A stretch of DNA of 64,000 nucleotides, from NCBI RefSeq assembly GCF_009914755.1, contig NC_060926.1; one strand, given 5' to 3'. How positions within the stretch are numbered: the first letter of the stretch is position 1; every line of letters begins with the position of its first letter. The notes under the pieces are model-generated. The model did not search any database, was not told the origin of the DNA, and worked only from the letters and a program-made list of their open reading frames with translations. Positions 48,201-61,667 of this stretch are shown piece after piece. This stretch comes from the human T2T-CHM13v2.0 reference genome, Homo sapiens. Made by a program: the position numbers and the translations under genes.

Positions 48201-50512
48201 TTAATACCAAGAGAGATGGTGCTGTCCCCATTCCACCCCTTTGCATGTGGCTGAAGGTCACAAGGATAGCAAATGGAAATGCCTCCGCAAATCACCTGTT
48301 TACTATTTTTCTGATTATTAAAGTGATTGAAAATGTGATGACTGTGGAAAAGCCCAATGAACATATCATTATGTTCTTCCCTGATTCCACCTCCCAAGGA
48401 TGACCCTCACTCACATGTTAGTATGTTTCTTTCCAGTTCTTTCTTTCCATGCCATACTTCCCTTCCAATGGAAGGTTCAATTAAGGACGTTAAAATACAA
48501 CAACAAAACACACAAAAGTAACTCCCTGGGCTTTTGAAATTCAAAGCTTCAGAGGAAATGGTACGAATGCAACCCAAATGGCAAATTTCCCACCTGATTT
48601 TATTTTCAGTACACTCTGAACCCATCTTCTGCCCCTTACCCTAGCTCTTCCTCAGGCAACCTTGAGTTTCCTTCTCTAAGGGGAATCTTGCAGGAGTGGT
48701 CTAGGACTGGGAGGCTGAGGGGGCATTGGAGGAGACACCTGGACAGGTGTGCACAGAGGTGGATGTGAGAGGTGGATGAAGGACATCCCAACGGGGAACC
48801 TGCTCCCACCCCCTGCACCCCCGCCACCCGGCTGTGTGTTTCCCAGGCGAGGCTGTGTTTGACATGCAGCGGCCGCACACCATCTTTGGTATGCCGTTTG
48901 GTCCCGGACTTAATGAGTTCTGCAGGGACGCTCCACTGTAGCTAAAGATCATTTACCTGAATTGCTTTTTAATTTCTGCCGTGGGAAGCTGCCCCCGGTG
49001 TGATATAATTACATTATAATTTACAGCAATCCCAAATCTATAAATTTAGCCATACAGTGGGGGGAAGGGACTGGAGTTGTGTGTGGGGCTGGGGGAGAAA
49101 TCCCCCCCATCATTAAGTAAACCCACGTTTCTGGGTGCAGGTTCCAGTCCCTGGGCAGGTGTGGAGGAGGCAGAGAGGGACATCACTCGCCCAGTACACG
49201 CTGAAGTGTGCTTTAACACCACAGAGCATTCGGGCTGGAGCTGCTAGTGGGAGAGGATGAGAGGGTGATGTGACATTCTTTCTGATCTGCCCTCTTATAG
49301 CATTTTTGCTGTGGGATGTGGGGAGCACACAGAAGTGGGTAGCCTGGGGACATCTATGGAATGCCTAGCATTGGAAGGCAAGGATCGGAATCCTTCCCTG
49401 ATTCTCTTATGGGAAGATCTCCCGGCTGTGGGCTGTGGAGAGGAGAGCTGGGCCTCAGGGTGGAGTCCCGGGGATGTCTCTGGGCAGATGGAGCCACTCC
49501 CTGGGAGCTTGTGGCATGTGCGGAAGTGAAGCCGTGTGGGATTCCGATAGGCCTAGGCGAAGGCGCAGTACCATGCGGGCCAAGGGAGGGGTTTCCTTTC
49601 TGCACCCACAAAAGGGTTCACATTCCTGGTGGCCCTGCCATTCCACGTCACTGTGTAATTTGCCGTATTCCTGTAAAACCATGCATGGACCAAAATTATT
49701 CATATTTTATGGGCATAAAGGCAGTTCATTAATTAATGGAATTCTATGGTGAATTAACTTTATTTAACAAAGAAAGAACCAGGTTTTTCTGATTCGTCTG
49801 CTCTGGAGATCTAAACGTTCATATCTTGGGGGGATTCCGTTGGGATGACTTTGTAGCAGTGGGAGGCAGTATAGCAGCTAAAGCACCAGTGGAACCCAGG
49901 TTCGGAGAAGCTAAGTCACTTACCCCACATCACGTAGCTGGTGGAGGAGAAAAAGACCCTGTGAAGGCTGTTGGATGGGGAAGGTAAGTAGGGGGATAGA
50001 GAGGGAGGAAGAGGGAGGCAGCAACAAATTTACTCGCTGTGTTGACCTTGACTGTTACGAGTTTGCCCCTTGGCCAGGGGGACTGTGTGGAGTGGTGCTC
50101 TGGCAGCAGCCTTCCCCCTTACAGGGGTGTGGGCCCCCACCCTGATACAGGTGATTGTCCCTCGCCACCCCGGGAAGCTGCTGATCCTCAGGCCCACCCT
50201 CTGAGCTTTGGCTCTTACGTTCACGAGCGCTGGGGCTCAGAGATGGCAGAATGGCGGCTCCAGAGTGTCCTTCCAGGTGCTTGTCATTAGCCACTGCCCC
50301 CTGCTCCATCTCTGGCTGTAAGCCCCTTTGGGCCCCCTTTGGGTCTACACCAGCACCTGTCAAACTGACTCTGAGGAGGTCAGAGAGGGCAAGTCATTTA
50401 CCCCAAATGACACAGCTGGTCTTTGAGGATGTAAGCCTGTCCTGAGGGCCTTGCTTTGAGATAAGGTGTCCCACAGCCTGATGTTCCAACCAAGTGGGAC
50501 ATCAGGACCTGA

Positions 50513-50861
<349 letters not shown>

Positions 50862-51068
50862 CCCATGATATTTCTTATAGCCATTGGTACTGCCATGATT
50901 TGGGAGTTTTGGGAGAATTGAAGCAAGTACTTAGAATCTGAAAGAATGCATTTCCTGTTTAAGGAGCCCATTTATCACTCAGGTTTTACAAATACATGAT
51001 AAAGCCCAAGGAAGGCCTGGCCCTGTCCACCTGTGCAGCCACTCACTGCCCTCACATTAAAACAACCT

Positions 51069-51408
51069 CACCTGGCTGTGAGTGTGTGCTTGGCTGTGAG
51101 GAGTGTGCAACTGGCTGTGAATGCGCCTGGCTGTGAGTGTGTGCTGGACTGTGTGCGCCTAGCTGTGAGTGCACCTGGCTATAAGGAGTGTGCTCCTGGC
51201 TGTGAGTGTGCATCTGGCTGTGAGTGTGACCTGGCTGTGGGTGTGCACCTGACTGTGAGTGTGTGCCTAGCTGTAAGGAGTGTGCTCCTGGCTGTGAGTG
51301 TGCTCCTGGCTGTGGGTGTGCACCTGGCTGTGAGTGTGTGCTGGACTGTAAGCATGCACCTGACTGTGAGCGTGCACCGGACTGTGAGTGTGCACCTGGC
51401 TGTAAGCT
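51069..51408. repeat. Minisatellite, ~18-bp unit (consensus ~TGGCTGTGAGTGTGCACC), about 19 imperfect copies
   Basis: Contiguous 15-21-bp variants of tggctgtgagtgtgcacc. Confidence 0.9.
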
Positions 51409-53081
51409 CCTTCTGCCCAGATGCCTGTCCTTTGCCTGCTCCTTCCAGGAAAGCTGCCTTGATGACAGCCCTCCCTCCATGTCCCCCTCCTGGTGCTTCC
51501 TGCAGACATCAGATCCCTGTGGGTGTCTTCTGACAAGTCTTACCCCTGCCCCTAGGGCTAAGCCCCAAGGCCAGGAGATGTTTGGATAATCTGGCCAGGG
51601 ATCACAGGAGCGCTCCTTCCTGTGGCTGCTGGTTCGCAGATGGCCTTGCACAAGCCTTGGCTGCTCAGAGCTTTGCACTCCAGCTGTGGCCCAGCAGTGT
51701 CCCAGGGAGGGATAGGATGCTGGGTGAGAACACCACAGGCCCTTACTGCTGGGCACGATGGGAGGCTGCCTGGTGACGGCCGCCTTTGTTATGACAGAGC
51801 AGAGCGTTGGGCCGTGGCCAGGCTCTGTCCAGAGACAGCTGCGAGGCTTCCAACCCGGCTGGGTGGGGTGGGAGGGAGCTGTGGCTGGCATGCATCTGCA
51901 TGCACCCAACTTAGCAAGTTCAGCATGGAGGAGAGAGGGAGAGAGGGGAGAAGCTGAGACAGAGAGGGGCTGAGTGCATGCAGCTGAAGCAGTGCCCTCG
52001 TCCCAGTCTGAATGTGCCAGAGCCAGGTTGGGCGTGAGGGTCTGCCGTCCTGTTTACATTTACTCGTGCCTCCTGTACTGCAGGCTCCAGAGCTGGAGTT
52101 TTTATTCAGCTTCTGATGTTTATATACACAGTTTTCATGCACAGGCCCAGAACCCAGCCAGCCCCCTCCCTCTGCTGCTGTTCGATCTGGGAGGCAGTGT
52201 GCGTCTCCACACAGAGGAGACCGCTGGACTGCACTCTGGAGGAAGTGGGGTCCCCTCCGTGTGGGACCTTGCTTGAGGTGGGCAGAGGTGCTTTGGAGTG
52301 GTGGAGATTTTTATCTCATGTATGGTCTTTCGTGTCTAATCTTGGCAAAAGATGGGATTCCCTGCATTGCCGTTTTACAGATTAGGGACCTGAGTTTCAG
52401 AGAGCATGTACTCTGCGTCACACAGGTTGGGGAAGTGGCTTTGAACCCAGGCCCATGGGATTCCAATGCCTATGGCCTCTTGACCCCAGGCCTTTCGGGA
52501 ATGATTTGAGAAGCAGGCAGTTCAGTCCCTCTGTACCTGCGGTCCCCAGTGACAGCTCAGAGCCCGTTTCAGATCCGCCTGGGCAACCTGCCCGGCTCCC
52601 GCTTCCTCTGTCTCCCCTTCAAATGCTGGCACATTCTCCATAGTGACTTCCCAGCCTGCCACATCTCCCCACACCCCAGCCACGCATAACCACTGGCGGC
52701 TCCCGGGACAAGTGGGGCTCCCACCATTTCGCTTTCACTGTGTGGTGACTCCCATGGGTCCATGAGGGACTGCTGTGTCCCCAGCTCCTAGAACAGGGCC
52801 TGGCACTGCCCATGCCAGTGGTTTGTTGACTAAATCCGTGACCGGATGAGTGCTTCAGGGACCTCTAGGCTTCCCTCAGAGCCAGCCCAGAAACACAAAC
52901 ATATGACTATGTTGCCCAGACCCGTGGCTGTCTTCTTTCAGGACAGCGGAGTTGGCACAGCCAAACCCGAGTGTCTGCTGATATGCTTCTTGCTAAGTGG
53001 TGAGCCCGGCGTCTCTAAGTAGTGCCTCTGCCTGTGAGCGGGTGATGAAGAGTCAGTGGGGATTCATACCCATACTGTGTG

Positions 53082-53810
53082 AATAGGATGGCTACTATTA
53101 AGAAAAACACTCAGAAAACAGAACAGGTGCTGGTGAGGATGTGGAGAAGTTGGCCTCCTTGTGCACTGCTGGTGGGAATGTGAAATAGTGCAGCCACTTT
53201 GGAAGACAGTATGGGAGTTCCTTGGAAAATGAAACAGAATTACCTTACAATCCAGCAATTCTCCTTTTGGATTTAGACTCAGAAAAGTTGAAAGTAGGGT
53301 CCTGAAGAGATATTTGCACACCCATGTTCATAGCAGCCTTATTCACAATAGCCAAAAAGTGGAAGCTACCCAAGGGTCCATTGATGGATGAATGAATAAA
53401 CAAAATGTGGTGCGTGATACAGAGGGCTGTTATGCAGCCTTAAAAAGGAAGGACATTCGGACACAGCACAGATGAACCTTGAGAACGTTATGCTAAGTGA
53501 AATAAGTCAGTCACAAAAGGACATATGCTGTTTTATTCCACTTATACGCGGTCCCTAGAGTCGTCAGAATCGTAGAGACAGAAAGCAGAGTTGTGATTGC
53601 CAGGGGCCGGAGGGAGGAAGGAGTGAGGAGTTCATGTTGAATGGGTGCAGAATTTCAATTTGGGAAGATGAAAAAGCTCTGGAGATGGATGGTCGTGATG
53701 GTTGCGGAACAACGTGAATGTACTCAATGCCTCTGAATTGTACACTTAAAAGGCATGGAAATGGTACATTTTATGTTTTGTATATTTTCCTGCAAGTTTA
53801 GAAAATGAAA
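53082..53810 (+). mobile_element. L1M (L1MA/MB-like) ORF2 end plus 3'UTR
   Basis: ggatggctactatt...tgctggtgaggatgtggagaa...gctggtgggaatg...gatatttgcacacccatgttcatagcagc...gaaccttgagaacgttatgctaagtgaaataag...ctgaattgtacacttaaaa. Confidence 0.92.
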
Positions 53811-54597
53811 TTATTGAAGAGAGCCTGAGGAGCAGGTCTAAACACCCATGGACTTCTAAAGCTTCCGTGAACCTTGGGTCCTCCTGGTTCCTCCACTATC
53901 GATGACCAGTGTGTCACCCCCTGGTTCAGTGCCCTCTTTATGCATGAGAGCAGCTTGCTGGGCCAAGGCCCCCGGGCCAGGTGGCTTCTCTGAGGAAACG
54001 TTCGTTAGTTCTCCCCGCTCTCTCACCAGAGAAAGCACCTGTGAGGCCAGCCTCTTGTCTGAGCCCCTGCCCGGAGACTCCGAGGACATTCGAGCTCTCA
54101 ACCCCAGACAGACGCTGAGGGTGGAACCTGTGGAAAATATGTTGGTTTTAGAAATTTAAACCTGATTTTTTTCTCCTCTGTGAAAAGAATCAAAATCCAG
54201 CATAAGCTTATTACAGGCGGACTGAGGTTATTTTGGGAAGTAGCAATTAAAGGTTTTATATTTTTCCTCTCCCTTTTGCCCTTGCAGCTTGCACAGGTCT
54301 GTGAAGCTATTAAACCTTCACCCAACCCACAGCCCGGAGGAATCTGCCCTGCCCCGTTTCTCCTCCAGTTCAGTGCCTTGGGAAAGAAAAGAAAGTTAAA
54401 TTCGTATTAATTACAGCCAAATCCGCTCAGTAAGCACTTGCTGAATATGCTTGAGGATGAGGTTTAAAGCTCTCCTCCAAACAAAACGGTAAAATGAAAG
54501 GAATAATTTATTTGGTCAGACACTATAATTTGCCACGTCATTCCATTTCTCTTGTTACTAAAATGGATTCTCTGCTGAGGCCGTGACTTCCAACTCC

Positions 54598-54617
54598 AAA
54601 AAAAAAAAAAAAAAAAA
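54598..54617. repeat. Isolated poly(A)20 tract
   Basis: ctcc(A)20gatc, with no Alu body upstream. Confidence 0.9.
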
Positions 54618-54727
54618 GATCATCCACAGCCACTATTCCTCACAATTTCTCTGAAAGGTCCTCCTTGCCCCACCACGCTGAAGCTAGGCCCAGGGCTCTT
54701 GGAAGAAACACACAGCACTTGCTCCTG

Positions 54728-54990
54728 CACACTGACACACTCTGTCACCCAAAATGACATGCTGTCACTCATACTCACACACCACATGCTCACAGTCACA
54801 CACGTACGCATGCATGCACACAGGGACAGCCACGCACCTGCACCCACCCATGCACGCACTCACTGTCACACACACCATCACCACGTGCACACCCAGCACC
54901 CACACGCACCCTTCATACACTTATACACACATGCACACATTCGCATGCACACGCCTGCACTCACACAGTCACAGATACACAGGGACACAG
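54728..54990. repeat. (CA)-rich low-complexity tract
   Basis: Degenerate cacaca/catgca repeats. Confidence 0.85.
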
Positions 54991-55134
54991 AGCCCCAGGG
55001 GCAGTATGCCTCAGAGCATGTTAGTACTTCCATAAACGATCTCTTTCCACATCATTTACAGAGTGGGCGCATTGTGAGTGTCTTAAGTTTCTGACCAGGG
55101 TTAATGTCTTTCTGAGGCTGACTTAGCTCAAAGG

Positions 55135-55310
55135 CAGTGTCATGATTAAGATCTCAGGCCCAGGAGTTGGACAGTGCTAGGGCTGAGCCCCAGCCCAGCC
55201 ACTTAACAGCTGTGTGACATTCGTCAAGTAGAAGGAGTTCCCCCAGCCTTAGCTTCCCATCTCTAGGTGGTGATAATGAAGAGTTGACCTCATAGGGTAC
55301 ATCTGAGGAA
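55135..55310 (+). mobile_element. MIR fragment
   Basis: cccagccacttaacagctgtgtgac...cttagcttcccatctct...ataat...acctcataggg. Confidence 0.6.
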
Positions 55311-56509
55311 TAAACCAAGGCTGGGCCTAACAGCTGTTTCCCAGGAGGTTCTCATCTGAGTTGGCTGATATCGTCATTATTATCACCAATCCGTAATGCT
55401 GGTGTCCCATCCGTTCTCCAAGTGCTGACTTGGCTGTAGCTGTGGGCCCGGGCCTGGGAGAAGGGGACTGTGTCCACCAGGGTGGCTGCAGGAGGGCCTA
55501 TGTGGGCCTTGAGATCCTGCTTCCTGGCCAGGACCCATTCCTTCATGGGGCACCTTCCCCAGTTCTCAGGGCTGGGGGCACTCAGAGGGAAGTGCAGGGC
55601 TGAGTTCATGTAAGTTCTGCAAGCAAGTTCTGGTCCCTTTGAGTCAGCACTGTGCTAGGCATTCAGAGGGGAGGGGGCGCATGTTTTGCTAAGGGCAGGT
55701 GTGCCTGCGTGTGTGTGTGTGTATATATGTGCACGTGTGTGTAAAGTTTCCTTAGAAGAGGTGGCTTTTGAGCAGAAGCGCCTTGGGTGAAAAGTGTAGC
55801 AGGCTTGGAAGTCAGAGTGTGCTGCTGAGTGAGTGGGAGTCTGGTGGAGGTGGTCTTTCTAACCGGCCACAAGACCCTGGGCCCGCTCTGCCCCTCCGTC
55901 TGAGTACCTGCCATCCCAGGGGGTGAGTGCTGGCTGGGCTCCTGGTGCAGCCACCTGCACCGTGCAGTGCCATCACCGGGTCGTGTCTTGAGCCCCTCCT
56001 TGCCCTCCTGTTTGTTTAAGTGGCCTTGGCCTAGCTCCCTCTGCCCTCTGAGGGTCTCACTGTGTCCTAGCCCTGTGGGCATAGTGCCTGGCACATAGGG
56101 GGCCCTCAGTCTAGGGCACAGGGTGAGTAGAGGAGGAGGTTGGCCCTGCTGGGGCAGCATGCTTGCCAAGCCTGTGTGTGTGTGGGTTTTTGTTCATGCT
56201 TCTGCTGGTGTGTACGGAGAAGTGGGCCCAGACACACACAGACATACACGGATGCCCACCAGGCCCCACGTCCATCCATGGGAAGGGCAGCACATGCTGG
56301 TAATGTGTTCCCCAAACAGCAGCCTCTTGGGCTGCCTGAGCTCAGGGCAGAGCAGGGACGGGGCCTGTTTGTTGGGGCTCCAGCAGGGCAGGGGAGGGCA
56401 GAGAGTGTGAGCCCTCTGGAGAATGTGCAGGTGGCTGGGGGAGTGCCCTTCCCAGAACCTCATGGCTGGACCTGTGAGACTCCCTGCCCGTCCTGGTCCC
56501 CACCATGTT

Positions 56510-56920
56510 CCCTCTGTTTTCTGGGTGACTCTCTCTGCCTCCTTTCTCTGGTTCTCTCTGTCCTTCTCTGACTTTGTTGCTGTCTCTCTCACTGTTTCTT
56601 TGTCTGTCCCTCTCTTCTCTGTCATTCTGTTTCTCTCACTTGGTCCCTGTCCTGGATCACTCTGTGTCTCTGTGTCTTCTGTCTCTGTGTCCTGGTTTCA
56701 TTCTGCCTCCGTATCTCTCTCTGTCTCTTTTTTTTTTTTTGCCTGTTTGGTCTCTTTGTTTTCCTGTCATTCTTTTTCCCTCATTTGGTCCTCAGTTTCA
56801 GCTCTGCCTGTCTCTCTCTCTGTTTCTGTCATTCTCTCTCTCTCTTTCTGTCATCCTCTCTCTTTCTGTGTCATTCTCCATGTTTGTCCTTCTGTTCCCT
56901 TTCCTTGTCTGTCTCTGCAC
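56510..56920. repeat. (CT/TCTG)-rich polypyrimidine tract
   Basis: About 400 bp dominated by ctctct/tctgtc. Confidence 0.9.
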
Positions 56921-57464
56921 ACCAAGGTTGCTCCCAGCTGGGAGGTTGGCCCTGTCCCGATGCCTGGCCCTTCTTCTGCCAAAGGCATCTTGGAAAGACT
57001 TGAGGTTATTCTGGTGCATTCAGTCCAGCGCTTGATAATTGTACTAACCTGGCAATTGGCAAGTGCTCCTCCCAAAGAAAACCCTCACAGTGCAGGGTGC
57101 TCTGCTGTGGGCACCAGGCCTCCCTGGAGGTTACAGGGCTCACAGTGTGGGGACAGGTTGTCCAGGGGCAGCTGGAGCATCCACTGGGATGCTGATGTCA
57201 GGCCAGAGGGCACCTGTGTTTTCCTGGGTGACAGGCCACAAGCAGGACAGCTCACACCCAGGAAAATAAAAGCCAGGCTCAGAGTACTTGATTCCTTGTT
57301 ATGGTTGGGGATAGTCAGTAAAATAGTAGATTCCGTTTTGAGAGCAGTATCAGTGCTCTGGGGCCTGTGAAGGGAGCTTTGGGTGTGCTCTCTGGTTGTC
57401 ACACAGCCCCCGGTGGTGCAGGTTATTGTCCCAGTCTGTAGGAAGGGAGGTGCCTCCTGGTCTG

Positions 57465-57635
57465 GTGGCTGGGAGTGTGGCTTTAAATCCAGCTCTGATT
57501 CTTACCAACTCACCCAACTCTCCAGGCCTCAGTTTCTGCATTTGTCTGTGGGTTGTTGTGAGGATTCAGTGAGGTCATGCTCACAAAGTACCTGCGTGGA
57601 GTAAGGATGAAATCAATGGCACTAGTGTCAGGGCT
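57465..57635 (+). mobile_element. MIR fragment
   Basis: tttaaatccagctctg...gcctcagtttctgcatttgt...ggttgttgtgaggattcagtgag. Confidence 0.65.
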
Positions 57636-59887
57636 GTCTCAAAGATTATCACTTAGTCTCAGGGGCTGGAGTGCCAGTGGGATTACCTACGCTGGACTGC
57701 GTCTGCTGCCCACCCATCGCTTCCCATATGGGGCACCACAAGGCGGGGTGGTTCTTGGTTTGTTCTTTCAATCAGCAGTAAACACCAGGTACACAGCATG
57801 GTACTTGCTTGGTGGAGAGGAATCAGTGTGGATTGGGGCCCCAGTCCATGCCCACCTGGCACAGGGTGCACCATCTGGTCCCACAAGGAGTCAGAGCCCC
57901 GGCCACTGAGGACTTCATCTCTGTGTCTTAAGAGCTCATCGGTCTTGAATTTGCCCCCTGGCTGCCCCTGGCAAGTGCTGGGGCTTATACCCAGGAGACC
58001 TGGGGTCAATGACTTGAAAATGAAGTACCCAGAACCCCATCACCCTACCCCACAGACCCAGAATTTTAGAGAGATGGCAGAGAGAAGAAAGGAGGTGCTA
58101 GGAAGGGTTGCAGAGGCTGCCTGAGGCACGGGGTGGCACCAGGCTGACCCGGGCAGCAGGGCCTGGGGCTGAGGCCCAGGCTGTGTCCCTTCCTGATGCG
58201 GCCTGAGCCTGGGCACTGGTCAGTCATCCCTGTGTGGCGGAGAACTCTAAACCTCGCTTGCTTCTCCTCTAGGCACACTCGGGCCCTTGTAAGGGAACAA
58301 TATGTCCCTCTCCCACCCCCAGCCCAGGGCTGAGCAGACCTCAGGCCCTTTGGGACTGCTGCTTCTGCCCAGGGTGAGGCTGGCTGTGACTCTTTTGGAG
58401 TGTGTTCGGGCAATGAGAAAATCTGTGACTTTCTGCTTTGAGAAGAGACAAACCTGGGCTGGAAGGTAGCTCTTTCCCTGCAGGCTGTGTGATGGGCAGG
58501 TCACGTCACTCCCTGAGCCTTAGGCCATGGAGTCTTCAAGAGGACGGGTGGGCTGTTAGGTGGCAGCAGACCGGGGAAGGTCTGGTCCTCCACAGGGCAG
58601 CAGCAGGTGGCTCAGGGGCTCTGCTGGTCTCTTTCCTCTCTGAGACCCTTCCTCAGCCGGGTGCTGGCCAAGAATAGCTGGAAAGGACCTTCCTGCCTGA
58701 AGGATGGGATGTACTAGGTTGTGCTCAGGGACCAGGTCAGACATGGAAACTTGGGGCCTGGAGTCCAGGGACATGGCTGCCCATGGCCTCTTACCAGCCT
58801 GGATTGCTCTGGGACTCTTCCTCTCCCAGCCCACCTCCAGGCCTCCTTCATTTTCTTCTCCTCGCCTTTGCCTTTCTCTCCTGTCCACCCTCCTGCATTT
58901 CCTTTCCCTGTCCTAGCTCCTTTTCTTTCTTCCTCGGCTTGTGCCTAAGGCCTCCAGGGCCTACGAGATGGTGTTTGCCTGTTGCGGATTCTCAGGGCCA
59001 GAGGCAGTATAGCTGGGGGCCTGGCATTTGGGGAGGGTTCCTAAGGGCTGTAACCCCAGAAACATTCCCCCTGCAGAGGGCAGTCTGCTCCCTCCCTGAG
59101 CTAGGTGAGGGTCTGCAATGGGTCCAGAACATGGGATCTATACCAAGTTCTGGGAACCAGCTCAACAGGCCTGGGCCTGCCTCTCACATCTCTGTGCCCT
59201 GGCTGTGTGACCCTGGGCAAGGCACTGCACCTCTCTGAGACCTGTTTCCCCATCTAGAGCACCCAAAGAATCAGGCTGCCTTTGCAGGGCTGTCATGAGT
59301 GGAAGCCTCATCCCCCAACCTTGGATGAGCAGACCCCTCAAATGTGCAGCTACCCACAGAGATTTTGACTGTCCATGGACTTTGGTGTTCAGACATCACA
59401 ACAGCCACCTCCCACCACCGAGGTCAGCTCCTGCCACGCTTCTGGTCATCAACAGGACTGCCAAGACTCCTGGGCTGGGAGCATCCTTTAGCTCCCCAAA
59501 CCTGCTAGCTGGCAGGAAACATGGAGGCCATTTAGGGACATTCAGCATTTGAACTTAAGATTTGTTTTCAGTAGAACCCACAAACCCAGTTTTAAAATTC
59601 AGTTGGAAACCAATCCACAAGTCTTCAAAGTCATCTTAGTGCTGTTCTTAAACTTGCAAAGTAACACCTAGTGGGTCTGTCATTGGCTTGTCTGGCTCAG
59701 CTGAAGTCAGAGCTCACAGCACACTGGCCTAACTCTCAGTCTGGCTTCAAAGTAACCTGTGATGCTGCTGCACAGCTCTGGGGGTGCTCAGTCCCCCGCC
59801 CCCAACCGCCACATCATCTTGCCCAGCATCCTCTGCACAATGTACAAAAATGTTTTCAAATGCAGGTTTTAGCATGATTCAGGTATG

Positions 59888-60392
59888 GTGAGGCCAGTAG
59901 AGCAGGGGAGAGTTGCCATTGAAAAGATGATTTGTTATTCACACTTCCCAGTGGGAGGACACCCCACACCATACAGGACTACTTGGGGAAGCATCAGGGT
60001 CAGTCAGTGAGGCATCCAGGGGAGAGCATGGGAAGGAGGCTTCATTGGTTTTTGTGGAAGGGCTGGCAAGGCAGGGCCAGAAGCTTAGGGTTGGCCGGTT
60101 TGAATGATTCTAGCAGTCTCTGGGCCATAGGGGCCATCGCTCTTTGTCTGAGACCTGGCCCTGGGGTGTTAGGGCAGAGGCATGTGGCCTCCCAGAGTGT
60201 AGAGCCAGGTAGGGGAGATGGTTTGGAGTATGGACTCTGGATCAGTTGGTTTGCACACAAAAAGGCTCACTCCTGGGTGAGTGCTTTGCTGTCACTCAGC
60301 CAGCCTTGGGAGGGGCTGCCTTCCCTCAGTCATCGAAGCCCCAGATGTGAGAACATTAGAAACACAGAAAACAAGAAAGTAGAGTTAATACC
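59888..60392 (-). mobile_element. ERVL-type solo LTR (MER76-like; subfamily uncertain)
   Basis: gccattgaaaagat...tttgtta.tcaca.ttccc...ggggaagca.cagggtc.gtcag...ggtttgaatgatt...cctggccctggggtg.tagggcag resembles a recalled ERVL LTR consensus. Confidence 0.55.
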
Positions 60393-61038
60393 AATCATCA
60401 GGAGCTGTGAGATGGGGTCTGGGTTCTTGCAGACCCCTTTGTTCACAGACCTTTTCCTGGATTTCTTTTGCACCTGGTTTCAGATGCCTGTGTCCCCCTG
60501 CAGTGATGGCTACCGTGTCATCCAAGTCATCACTAACTTTCTGTGGGGGGTTATGCACAAGGCATGATCCTGGTGTTGTTCTGGTTTCAAGGCTGAGAGG
60601 TCGTGTGTAAGGACCTTCTGGTGCACTCCTCATGTGGCATTTCAGGGGCTCTGCACCCCATGTTCTCTGGGCTAAACCCACATGGGTCCTCACTCTTCAG
60701 CTCGTTTTCCACTGTTTGTGTGCGACATTTGGGTGGAGTTGTGACCAGGCAGCCTTATCATTTTTGGAGCAAACATTACTATTTTGATAAATTGACTGGT
60801 TTTTGACAAACACACCAAACTGAAAAAAAGACAATCTCTCTGAGGGAAGGAAAGTGATCATCAAACAGTGAAGACCAGGATTTGGGGGTGGTATGGGTGG
60901 AGCCAATGGTCTTTTAGTGGCATTGCTGTACTCATTTGATAGACAAAGAAGCTGAAGCAGGAAAAGAAGCTTAGGCAGTGCCCCACAGAGCTGCCCAGGA
61001 GCTGAGCACAACCAATACCAGGCTTTGGTGGGAGTTGA

Positions 61039-61427
<389 letters not shown>

Positions 61428-61525
61428 CAGACTATCTGTTTTGACCTTACATGTAACTTTGCTCTGGAAGTATCTTACCTTGGCATGTCTGGTCTTTGGA
61501 GAACACACATATGCACAGAAAGAGA

Positions 61526-61576
61526 TGTGTGTGTGCGTTTGTGTGTGTGTATGTGTGTGTGTGTATACATATATAT
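61526..61576. repeat. (TG)n-(TA)n microsatellite
   Basis: tgtgtgtgtgcgtttgtgtgtgtgtatgtgtgtgtgtgtatacatatatat. Confidence 0.85.
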
Positions 61577-61667
61577 TTAAATATTTAATATTTTAACCAC
61601 ACCAAAGAGATGTAACAAATACATGTACCTCCATGCAGCTTAACTTTTTTTTGCCATTTTTAGTCTG

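Noticed and set aside
51069-51408. Repeat array considered as CRISPR-like
   Set aside because: Units are contiguous with no unique spacers, there are no cas genes, and the DNA is human.
51033-51909. ORFs of 166-285 aa with HSQPGA or CECAPG repeats
   Set aside because: Translations of the ~18-bp minisatellite; the metallothionein-like look is an artefact.
53082-53810. L1 segment as an active or coding element
   Set aside because: Short, 5'-truncated and heavily diverged with no intact ORF2.
54598-54617. Poly(A)20 as a retrocopy tail or polyadenylation site
   Set aside because: No recognisable retroposed body or TSD; more likely a simple repeat and a source of oligo-dT internal priming.
56423-57370. 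315-aa Ser/Leu/Phe-rich ORF that looks like a membrane protein
   Set aside because: Translation of a CT-rich low-complexity tract.
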